From Allobaculum fili (GTDB lineage: Bacteria; Bacillota_I; Bacilli_A; Erysipelotrichales; Erysipelotrichaceae), in contig NZ_JAHDSX010000006.1 in assembly GCF_020969955.1 (NCBI RefSeq), positions 30,001 through 62,000 of the forward strand: 32,000 nucleotides of DNA. Direction: 5' to 3'. The translations under genes were made by a program, and so were the position numbers. Below the pieces are notes generated by a model. It was not told where the DNA came from. It ran no database searches and worked only from the letters and a program-made list of their open reading frames with translations. Of this stretch, positions 18,965 through 26,185 are shown one piece after another; within the stretch, counting starts at the first letter, position 1, and each line of letters starts with the position of its first letter.

Positions 18965-20104
18965 CTAGACGTTGCTGCGCATGGCGACAAAGAGCAGTTC
19001 GAGGGAAGGGTCATCCGGGAGGGTGATGTAGAGCGGTTTGAGTTCGCCGCTTAGTCCGAGATTGAATTTTTCATGATCCTTAATCGCCCGCAGACCATTG
19101 ATCATCAAACTCGCGTTAAACGCGATATTTCCCGACTCTCCATCCATCTCCATCTTTTCAATATTCTGGCGGCAGGATCCGAGCGTACTGGAAAGAACTT
19201 CGACAAACGTCTGATCCGGAGTATAGGTCATGCGTACTGGAATGACGGAAGAATCCGAAGTCTGCGCGCCCGTATAAATGATCGAACGGCTCATCATGCC
19301 TTCGAACTCATTCGTATCGAGAATCATATGGGTTGTCGGATGCGTCTGCAAAATCCGGTCGCAGTCGGGGAATACGCCGTCGTAGAGCGTCGTCTGCAAA
19401 AGCAGATCGTCCTTGACGAACTGAATGCGCTGACGGTCGAGATATACATCGCATTCGCCTTCGCTTCCAAAAAGCGAAGCCACGAGACTGATGGCTTTGA
19501 CCGGGATGTTCGCCTGGGCGGACGCATCGGTCTGTACCGGTACAATTTTGCGGGCCATCGCCAGCGTATTGGTCGCCGTCGCGATCAGTTTATGGTCATT
19601 GATGCGCAGGTTGACGCCGTTGAGATAGACACGCGGGCTGTTGGTTGCCGCCGCAAAGGCTACCTGACGGGAAATATCCTGCAGCGCATGAATCGGCAGC
19701 GTCAGATGCTTCGCCGGCTGCGTGAGATTGGGATCCGGGTATTCGCTGGGGGCGCGCCCAAACAGTTCGAATTTGGAATCGGAAGGCCCATTAAAGCGAA
19801 TCAGCGTATCGTCGATCGATTCGACGTGCAGGATATCGCCGTTCATGCGGCGGGTCAGTTCGATCAGAGCGGAGCAGCGAATGATAATGGATCCGCGCTC
19901 TTCAATGACGAGCTGGTTTTTCTCATCGGGAGAAATGACGACCTGAATAGCCAGATTGGAATCGGATCCGGTCAGAACAATATAGTCCGGAAACACCTGG
20001 ATCAGAACGCCGGTCAGCGCGATGGTCGGGGAAACCGAAGGAATGGCGTGTGCAACCGTCGCGAGCTTGTCGGCAAAGTATGAACGATTAATGGAAAAAC
20101 GCAT
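18965..20104 (-). CDS. dnaN: DNA polymerase III beta sliding clamp
   Basis: 379 aa (MRFSINRSYFADKLATVAHAI...). Three-domain clamp length, position directly after dnaA, GAAAGGAA RBS. Confidence 0.95.
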   Translation of the reverse strand: MRFSINRSYFADKLATVAHAIPSVSPTIALTGVLIQVFPDYIVLTGSDSNLAIQVVISPDEKNQLVIEERGSIIIRCSALIELTRRMNGDILHVESIDDTLIRFNGPSDSKFELFGRAPSEYPDPNLTQPAKHLTLPIHALQDISRQVAFAAATNSPRVYLNGVNLRINDHKLIATATNTLAMARKIVPVQTDASAQANIPVKAISLVASLFGSEGECDVYLDRQRIQFVKDDLLLQTTLYDGVFPDCDRILQTHPTTHMILDTNEFEGMMSRSIIYTGAQTSDSSVIPVRMTYTPDQTFVEVLSSTLGSCRQNIEKMEMDGESGNIAFNASLMINGLRAIKDHEKFNLGLSGELKPLYITLPDDPSLELLFVAMRSNV

Positions 20105-20127
20105 GAGAAAGTTCCTTTCTTCTTCTC

Positions 20128-20279
20128 TTATTAAAGAATAATAACAATAAGGAATGCCCCAGACGGGGATAACTCAAAGCTTTATACGAAAGATAAAGGG
20201 AAAAAACGGAAAATCGGGGCGGGGATTGTCTGTGGATAACCCGCAAAGGCCGGGGATAACCCCCAAAAACGGTGGATTA
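20128..20279. promoter_or_regulatory. oriC part 2 (dnaA-dnaN spacer): DnaA boxes plus an AT-rich, trio-like segment
   Basis: Boxes on the + strand: CGGGGATAA 20164-20172, TGTGGATAA 20231-20239 (perfect), CGGGGATAA 20251-20259, GGTGGATTA 20271-20279. An AT-rich run at 20128-20150 ends in TAA-TAA-CAA-TAA (20139-20150). A GC-rich 13-mer separates it from the first box. Confidence 0.7.
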
Positions 20280-21620
20280 CCCGCTGATTTTCTTTCGGAG
20301 CGTATCTACAGCCTCTTTCCAGGCTGGATCGGAATCGATCAGCTTGCGAACGCGGGAACAGGACGAAGAAATCGTCGTATGATCGCGTCCGCCGATTTCC
20401 TTGCCGATGGCGGAATAGGAAATCCCCAGCAGATCGCGCATCAGATAAATGCAGATCTGTCTGGCCTGCACAATTTTTTTCTGGCGGCTTTTGCCCTCGA
20501 GATCCTGGTACGAAAGACCGTAATGACGGATGACCGCTTTCTTGACGGTTTTCGGACTGAGCTCTTCGGTCGGGGCCACAGCCGGCTCATCGCGCAGAAC
20601 GCCCATCGTGAATTCCATCGTAATGGAAGGCGGATCAAAAAGGGTCGCGTTGAATAAAAGACGGTTGAGCACGCCCTCCAGTGCGCGGACGTCATGCGAA
20701 TAGCTGACGGCCAGAAAATCCAGAACATCTTCATCGATGGGCTGCACCTGTTCGTGCCCGTCGAGTTTCTTTTTCAGAATCAGTTTGGCCGTTTCCGTGC
20801 CCGGTTTTTTGATGCTTACGGTAAGACCGGACTGAAAGCGGCTGATCAGACGCTTCGTCAGCGTCGGAATTTCCGAAGGATGCACGTCGGATGTCAGAAT
20901 AATCTGCTTATTTAAACGTATTAATTCATTGAAGACGGTAAAGAACACTTCCTGGCAGGACGCACTGCGCAGGTTCTGGATGTCATCCACCAGAAAAAAG
21001 TCGCAGTCGATCAGCTGAGCCTTGACCACATCCACCGCATTGGAAGAGGGGTTTTTGGAGCGCATCGCTTCCAGCATGAGGCTGACCAGATCGCCCGCAT
21101 AAAAATAATTGACCTTGCATTCCGGCCGGTGAACGGCGAGGTAGTTGCCCACCGCATTCAGCATGTGCGTTTTGCCCAGACCGGAACTGCCGTAAATCAG
21201 CAGGGGGTTGAAGCGGTTTTCCCGTGTGACCAGCCGGCAGGCAGCCAGCGCTTCCTGGTTGCTGGGGCCGGAGACAAAGGAATCAAAAGTATACGCCTTG
21301 TCAAAAGGGCGGTCTACCAGCTTATTGGTTCGAATTTTCAGCGCTTCGTCCGGCATCATCTGCTCCATCTCCCGCTGGGAAATGAGTTCGATCTGAAGCG
21401 TCGATCCCCAGATCTGGGAAAGAGTATCTTCAAACAGCGACAGATTATCCTTGATCAGATTGGAAGCAATGATATTTCGATAGGTCAGGTAGGCCTTTCC
21501 GTTCTCGATTTTAAATAGCGAAGTCTTTGAGATCCATGTAAGTGTGCTTTCGTCGAAATACTGGCTGGTGCGAATCATCGAAAGCGTCTGATCCCAGTAC
21601 TGATTGATCGAGGAATCCAT
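20277..21620 (-). CDS. dnaA: Chromosomal replication initiator DnaA
   Basis: AAA+ motifs GSSGLGKTHML and FFLVDDIQ. C-terminal box-binding helix (SYSAIGKEIGGRDHTTISSSCSRV). I chose ATG 21620 (MDSSINQYWDQ...) with a GGAAAGGA RBS. The track ORF extends to 21731, into the box array. Confidence 0.95.
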   Translation of the reverse strand: MDSSINQYWDQTLSMIRTSQYFDESTLTWISKTSLFKIENGKAYLTYRNIIASNLIKDNLSLFEDTLSQIWGSTLQIELISQREMEQMMPDEALKIRTNKLVDRPFDKAYTFDSFVSGPSNQEALAACRLVTRENRFNPLLIYGSSGLGKTHMLNAVGNYLAVHRPECKVNYFYAGDLVSLMLEAMRSKNPSSNAVDVVKAQLIDCDFFLVDDIQNLRSASCQEVFFTVFNELIRLNKQIILTSDVHPSEIPTLTKRLISRFQSGLTVSIKKPGTETAKLILKKKLDGHEQVQPIDEDVLDFLAVSYSHDVRALEGVLNRLLFNATLFDPPSITMEFTMGVLRDEPAVAPTEELSPKTVKKAVIRHYGLSYQDLEGKSRQKKIVQARQICIYLMRDLLGISYSAIGKEIGGRDHTTISSSCSRVRKLIDSDPAWKEAVDTLRKKISG

Positions 21621-21680
21621 ATTGAATCCATCCTTTCCACCTGGATGTTTATCATAACCGATTTTATTCCATTCGGGACG

Positions 21681-22474
21681 TGTGGCTATTCGCATTATCC
21701 CCTGTTTTTGGGGGATAACTCTTTGGCACACCTAGAAACGGAAAATTATCCCCAATGGGGACAATGGTGGATAACTTCAGCAAATTGTGCAGAGCCCGCA
21801 GGCTGTATCCCCGCCCAGGCTGAATCCAATCCTCCATAGCTAAAGGAGAAATCCGAGTTATCCCCCATGGGGGATTGTGCGCAGCATTCCCCTTTCCGGG
21901 GATATCTTTTCGGGGGACAGCGCGGGGATAACCAAAATGCACAGGGGGAAAGCACGCAAAGAATCTCCCAGTTTCGGGGAATTGTCCTCATTGCTTTGAA
22001 ACGCGGGGAAAAGGGATGGGGACAGGATGTGGATAACCTGTGGATAACTGGGGGATAACGCGCATATCCCCCGAAAAGCGGGGATTTTCCCCTGGATTTA
22101 CGGAAAAAAAGCCGCTTTTCCAAAGGCAGTCCCCCGTTTTTGACGAAATCCTGCACAATCCCCCGCAAACGGTGGATAACGGGGATAACCCGAAGAAGGC
22201 CCCAACCGGAAGATGCGGGTATGAAAACAGAGGGAGAACTGCCATACGCTCCCAGTCCGTAATCGAACCGTCCCCGCTTTCCACCCAGACGGGGGATAAC
22301 TGCAAGTCACGCCGATTCAGGGCGGACGAACCAGACCATCGCAAAAAAGCCGCAGACGAATCTGCGGCTTTTAAACATCATCTGAACAGACAGTTCCAGA
22401 AAGAGGAGAGGGGGAAAGAAAGAATGGAAGACTGCATCTGGAAAAGAGACAGGCGGATAAGAAACGGGGGATAA
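21681..22474. promoter_or_regulatory. oriC part 1: DnaA-box array upstream of dnaA
   Basis: Boxes reading TGTGGATAA-like on the + strand: 21710, 21766, 21923, 22028 (perfect), 22039 (perfect), 22050, 22171, 22180, 22291, 22452, 22466. Boxes in the opposite orientation (TTATCCCC): 21695, 21746, 21858. A degenerate copy lies at 21681. Confidence 0.85.
22343..22372. terminator. Terminator-like hairpin inside the origin region
   Basis: AAGCCGCAGA (22347-22356) pairs with TCTGCGGCTT (22361-22370) around the loop CGAA. A6 lies upstream (a strong U-run for the minus strand) and TTTT downstream. Confidence 0.6.
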
Positions 22475-22579
22475 GAAACAGGGAGAGACAGGGAAAAAGA
22501 AGGCTGTGCGGATGCATGGAGATCCGGCTGGATCGAGAACCGAAAGAAGAGCAGAACGAACAGCGGCGAGAATACTGCG

Positions 22580-22646
22580 CTGAAAATATACAGATAATAA
22601 AAGCTGAAAATATACAGATAATAAAAAAAATATACAGATAATAAAA
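22580..22646. repeat. Three tandem copies of the AT-rich 20-mer AAAATATACAGATAATAAAA (candidate DNA unwinding element)
   Basis: Exact copies at 22583-22602, 22607-22626 and 22627-22646. The first two are each preceded by CTG and are separated by the spacer GCTG (period 24); the third follows directly (period 20). Confidence 0.9.
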
Positions 22647-22974
22647 TAGGAATCGGGACGAAGCAGAAATGCTGACAATCCACAGAAAAGAAGATCACCG
22701 CTGTATTTTCGGGTGCAGGCAGGACCTGCCGGGGTCTGTGGGGGGAAGAATCCGAAAAAAAGGCGAAAAAGATTGGAAAAACCGCCTGTTTACAGGTGAT
22801 TGCGCGTGTCGTTTCTGTTATCCTTGTTTACAGATTGCCACGATACAGGATCGCTGCTGTTTAGCGGTGAACAGATAGGAATCGATCAAGCTGCGCAATC
22901 CATTTTTCTTTTATATTTCGCATGAATGAAAAGGACCTTTAAGAAAATCACCCCCTGAAACGGCTTCGTGCGCG

Positions 22975-23004
22975 TTGACATCCTTTTTTTCATCATGATA
23001 TAGT
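22975..23004 (+). promoter_or_regulatory. Candidate rpmH promoter
   Basis: TTGACA (22975-22980), an 18-nt spacer, then TGaTATAGT (extended -10, 22996-23004), about 60 nt upstream of the rpmH ATG. Confidence 0.6.
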
Positions 23005-23066
23005 GACATGCGCAATTAATAAGAAAATAAGAATCACTCTTATAGAACGAAAGGAATTGAGTCGAC

Positions 23067-23201
23067 ATGAAACGTACTTATCAGCCAAGTAAAATCAAAC
23101 ACCAGAGAACTCACGGCTTCCGCGCTCGTATGGCTACCAAAGGCGGACGCAAAGTATTAGCAAGAAGAAGAGCTAAAGGCAGAAAGGTTTTATCCGCTTA
23201 A
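23067..23201 (+). CDS. rpmH: 50S ribosomal protein L34
   Basis: Not in the ORF track because it is under 60 aa. Translation is [44 protein letters not shown], the near-invariant L34 sequence. Canonical position before rnpA. Confidence 0.97.
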   Translation: MKRTYQPSKIKHQRTHGFRARMATKGGRKVLARRRAKGRKVLSA

Positions 23202-23202
23202 T

Positions 23203-23229
23203 AAATCACCTGCAAAGGTGATTTTTTTC
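23203..23229 (+). terminator. Intrinsic terminator or attenuator between rpmH and rnpA
   Basis: AAATCACC (23203-23210) pairs with GGTGATTT (23217-23224), followed by a T-run. Confidence 0.7.
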
Positions 23230-23242
23230 TCTGTCTGAGTCA

Positions 23243-23605
23243 ATGAAGAAACATCAGAGAATCCTTAAGAATGCAGAGTTCTCATCCATCATTTCCAAAC
23301 GGAAGTCCTTCGTCTGCCCGGCCATGATTGTGTATACGGCGCCGAAAAAGGAAGAACATGCCCGTGTTGGGATCAGCGTCGGCAAGAAAGTTGGAAAAGC
23401 GGTTGTCCGCACCCGTGTAAAACGCCAGCTTCGCGCGCTGATCGATTCTGTATTCACCTTTGACGAATCGTTTGATTCCATTGTTATTGTCCGCCCTGCC
23501 TTTTTAAAGATGGATTACGAACAGAGACACAAGATGCTCTCTGAACTGCATGAGCGGGCCCGCCTAAAATACGAAAGAGGATCCCATGAAAAAATCGCTT
23601 CTTGA
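23243..23605 (+). CDS. rnpA: Ribonuclease P protein component
   Basis: 120 aa, basic, with the RNR-like motif (KKVGKAVVRTRVKRQLR). Position rpmH-rnpA-yidC. Weak RBS. Confidence 0.9.
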   Translation: MKKHQRILKNAEFSSIISKRKSFVCPAMIVYTAPKKEEHARVGISVGKKVGKAVVRTRVKRQLRALIDSVFTFDESFDSIVIVRPAFLKMDYEQRHKMLSELHERARLKYERGSHEKIAS

Positions 23606-24647
23606 AAAATCACGGATTCTGTTTCTGTGCGTACTGGTATCCCTGGGTCTTGCGGCCTGTTCCAACCCGCGAGGATCTGACGGAAAAACCAAACTCGACC
23701 AGATTATTGCTCTTAACCAAGAGACCATTAATAAGGAACAGGTCAACATTTCCGAAATCACGGATGAAGATCTGAAAGCCGAAGTCGAATCTTCAGAATC
23801 AGAAACAGTAACTATTGAACCCACCAGCTGGTCCTCCTCCTGGAAGAGAGGATGGTTTGACGGTCTGATCGTCTGGCCGATCGCCCAGCTGATCAACCTG
23901 TTTGCCAGCTTTACCGATGCCGGCTGGGGCATCATCCTGGCAACGCTCCTGATCCAGCTGCTCATTTTTGCGTTCACGTTCCGTTCGCAGATTTCCCAGC
24001 AGCGCATGCAGGAAATCCAGCCGGAAATGACGCGCCTGCAGGCCAAATACGAAGGCAAGAACGACGAACGTTCGAAAATGCTGATGGCGCAGGAAATGCA
24101 GAAGCTTTACAACGATAACGACATTCATCCGTTCGGAAGCATGCTCGTTATGTTCATTCAGCTGCCTGTCATGATGGGTATGTTCTACGCCACCATGCGT
24201 GCGGCAACGACCGTATACGGCTCCTTCATGGGCATGCCGCTGTCGGAAACGCCGCTGGCCGGTTTTCAGCATCTCGACTGGGGCATCATGACCGTCTACA
24301 TTCTGATGATCGTCATGTCCATCCTGCAGATGCAGATTCCGAAATGGCTTGGCAAGCTGGATGTAAAAACCGGCCGTGTCAAAGCCCAGAAGGAAGAACC
24401 GAAAGCGGGCGGCATGATGGCCAACACCATGAACATGACCATGTACATGACGACGGCACTGATCGCCTTCATGTATATTTCCTGGCCGATTGCGATGTCC
24501 TTCTACTGGCTAGTTTCGTCCATTATCCGTGCCTTCACCAGTGTTCTCAGCCACTACATTTCGCTGAATCAGAGAGAAAAACGTGAAAAAGAAGAAAGAG
24601 TACGCGATACCGAAGGCATTCTGAAAAACAGAAAGAAGCAGGGATAG
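23586..24647 (+). CDS. yidC: YidC/Oxa1-family membrane insertase (lipoprotein type, SpoIIIJ/YqjG-like)
   Basis: Lipobox LGLAAC, then a polar linker and the 5-TM core (..PIAQLINLF.., QQRMQEIQPEMTRLQAKY, LYNDNDIHPF). Basic C-terminal tail. Overlaps the rnpA end by 20 nt. Confidence 0.92.
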   Translation: MKKSLLEKSRILFLCVLVSLGLAACSNPRGSDGKTKLDQIIALNQETINKEQVNISEITDEDLKAEVESSESETVTIEPTSWSSSWKRGWFDGLIVWPIAQLINLFASFTDAGWGIILATLLIQLLIFAFTFRSQISQQRMQEIQPEMTRLQAKYEGKNDERSKMLMAQEMQKLYNDNDIHPFGSMLVMFIQLPVMMGMFYATMRAATTVYGSFMGMPLSETPLAGFQHLDWGIMTVYILMIVMSILQMQIPKWLGKLDVKTGRVKAQKEEPKAGGMMANTMNMTMYMTTALIAFMYISWPIAMSFYWLVSSIIRAFTSVLSHYISLNQREKREKEERVRDTEGILKNRKKQG

Positions 24648-24653
24648 GAAAGT

Positions 24654-25292
24654 ATGGAATTTGATCGTTTTTCCGGGAAAACTCTCGATGAGGCTCTCGC
24701 CGCTGCCTGCAATGCGAAAAATGCGGCTGTTGAAGAACTCACGTATACCGTTGTAGAAGAAAAGTCTGGCTTCCTCGGTCTCGGTCGGACGATCACCATT
24801 GAAGCCTGGGCCGAAAGCGACATTATCGTTTTCCTTCACGACTACATTCAGACCTATTTTGACAACGCCGAAATGGATGGAACCGTCTCGATCGAACTCG
24901 ATGACACCGGCTTCTATCGTATTTCTGTCGATACGAACGCCAATGCGGTTCTGATCGGACGTCAGGGAAGAACGCTTCAGGATTTCACCGTCCTCGTTCG
25001 TTCCGCGGCCAGCGCGGTCTTCAAGAAACATATCCGTCTGATGATCGACGTCAACAGCTATAAGGAAGAGCGCTACGAAAAAGTCGCACGCATGGCGATC
25101 CGCGTTGCCCGTGACGTACGCCGCACGAAAGTGGACGCGGTTCTTGAACCGATGCCTGCCGATGAAAGAAAAGCCGTTCATAACGCCCTGAGCGATATGG
25201 ATGACATTTCCACCAAGTCGCATGGCGAAGGACCGGAACGCCGTATTCATATTCTGTATACGCCCGGAAAAGTCAGCGAGCCCGCTGAATAA
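24654..25292 (+). CDS. jag: Jag/KhpB-type RNA-binding protein (Jag_N, KH and R3H domains)
   Basis: 212 aa. The KH-like segment (LIGRQGRTLQDF) and the R3H-like end (ERKAVHNALSD) are consistent with Jag. Conserved position after yidC. Confidence 0.88.
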   Translation: MEFDRFSGKTLDEALAAACNAKNAAVEELTYTVVEEKSGFLGLGRTITIEAWAESDIIVFLHDYIQTYFDNAEMDGTVSIELDDTGFYRISVDTNANAVLIGRQGRTLQDFTVLVRSAASAVFKKHIRLMIDVNSYKEERYEKVARMAIRVARDVRRTKVDAVLEPMPADERKAVHNALSDMDDISTKSHGEGPERRIHILYTPGKVSEPAE

Positions 25293-25320
25293 TCCGATTT
25301 ACGCCAAATGAATTCCGAAA

Positions 25321-25347
25321 GAAAAGGGGATTGCTTCCCCTTTTTTT
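25321..25347. terminator. Intrinsic terminator after jag
   Basis: AAGGGGA (25324-25330) pairs with TCCCCTT (25336-25342), followed by T7. The A-rich 5' flank allows weaker function in the opposite direction. Confidence 0.75.
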
Positions 25348-25398
25348 GTGCAGATTCGAAAGCAGCAGGAAAAACGACAGGAAACAGGAAAAGGACAG

Positions 25399-25439
25399 AG
25401 AAAATCAGAAAGGCAGAAATCCGTTTCTGGATTTCTGCC
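25399..25439 (-). terminator. Intrinsic terminator of the small HTH gene
   Basis: 11-bp stem GGCAGAAATCC (25412-25422) / GGATTTCTGCC (25429-25439). The minus strand continues UUUCUGAUUUUCU. Confidence 0.7.
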
Positions 25440-25462
25440 GTATACAGAACTCTTTTTCCTTT

Positions 25463-25732
25463 TTAAAATTCTTTGTCTTCCGGACTCAGAATATACTCCA
25501 GCGATCCGCGCAGCCGCTGATCCATGGCGATCATCCGCTCTTTCCCGATGAATTCTGGATTGTAGCCCAGCGTCAGAAGGATATCTTCCGGCGTGGCATG
25601 GCGTGTGCGCAGGCGCACATACATCAGACAGAACACCTGGGTGAATTCGATGGTATCGTTTGTCACGCGCTGGGTGTACGGATTGCCCTGAAGCGCAATA
25701 ATCTGTTCCAGCGTAAATCGCTTGTTTGGCAT
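25463..25732 (-). CDS. Small HTH-like protein resembling the N-terminal module of transposase-associated proteins
   Basis: Start at ATG 25732 (MPNKRFTLEQIIALQGNPYTQRVTNDTIEFTQVF...) with AGAGGTGA 6 nt upstream. The pattern L..NPY...V....I.FT..F is one I recall from a Firmicute family of IS-associated HTH proteins; this is from memory, not a search. Has its own terminator. Confidence 0.55.
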   Translation of the reverse strand: MPNKRFTLEQIIALQGNPYTQRVTNDTIEFTQVFCLMYVRLRTRHATPEDILLTLGYNPEFIGKERMIAMDQRLRGSLEYILSPEDKEF

Positions 25733-25826
25733 TTCTTCACCTCTTTCATACATTCATGCATGAATAGTGTTTAAACAGTCAGCTGACATTCTGATTATAT
25801 CGAAGTACATTTAAATCAATGTCTAT

Positions 25827-25850
25827 AAAGACCGAAACCGTGGTCTTTTT
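25827..25850 (+). terminator. Orphan plus-strand terminator-like hairpin
   Basis: AAAGACC (25827-25833) pairs with GGTCTTT (25842-25848), followed by TTCTGTTT. No plus-strand gene lies upstream; the only upstream sequence is antisense to the small HTH gene. Confidence 0.4.
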
Positions 25851-26185
25851 CTGTTTCATGACTATTTCAAATTCTGTTAAAGTTATAACTAATTTATTTA
25901 TAAAAAGAATACTGTCTTCAAAAGACAAGACGGTATGGGGAATAAATGGACAGAACTTCGTTTTCAATCCGGATCGCAGGCAGAGGTGCTGGCATTCATC
26001 GATTTGACAGGGTTTGTCTTCAATCTGGCAAAAGCGAATTTTCATGTATTCCATGGGAAAAAGCATAAGATAGGAACATCGAAAACGAAGCCGAAACAGG
26101 AAGCAGAAACAAGCCGAAGCACAGCGCAATTTGCGCAGCAAGCGGATCTTTGTATCGTGCCGGATCCCGGCAAAAGGAGAAATTT

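Noticed and set aside
22255-22285. tRNA T-arm-like string (rc GGGGACGGTTCGATTAC); a similar string lies at 11655-11680.
   Set aside because: The TTCGA-containing loops are not flanked by complementary 5-bp stems, and no acceptor or anticodon arms can be built. I found no tRNA genes in the window.
22580-22646. Possible CRISPR-like or minisatellite array.
   Set aside because: There are only three copies of a 20-mer, directly abutting (periods 24 and 20) with no unique spacers. It is AT-rich with no palindromic repeat core and no cas genes. An origin-associated repeat is the better reading.
22307-22698. ORFs 22307-22678 and 22378-22698 (-) with internally repeated peptides (YFQLLLSVYFQ, FFYYLYIFSFYYLYIF).
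   Set aside because: They are translations of the polypurine tract and the triple 20-mer in the origin region. They have no RBS and implausible composition.
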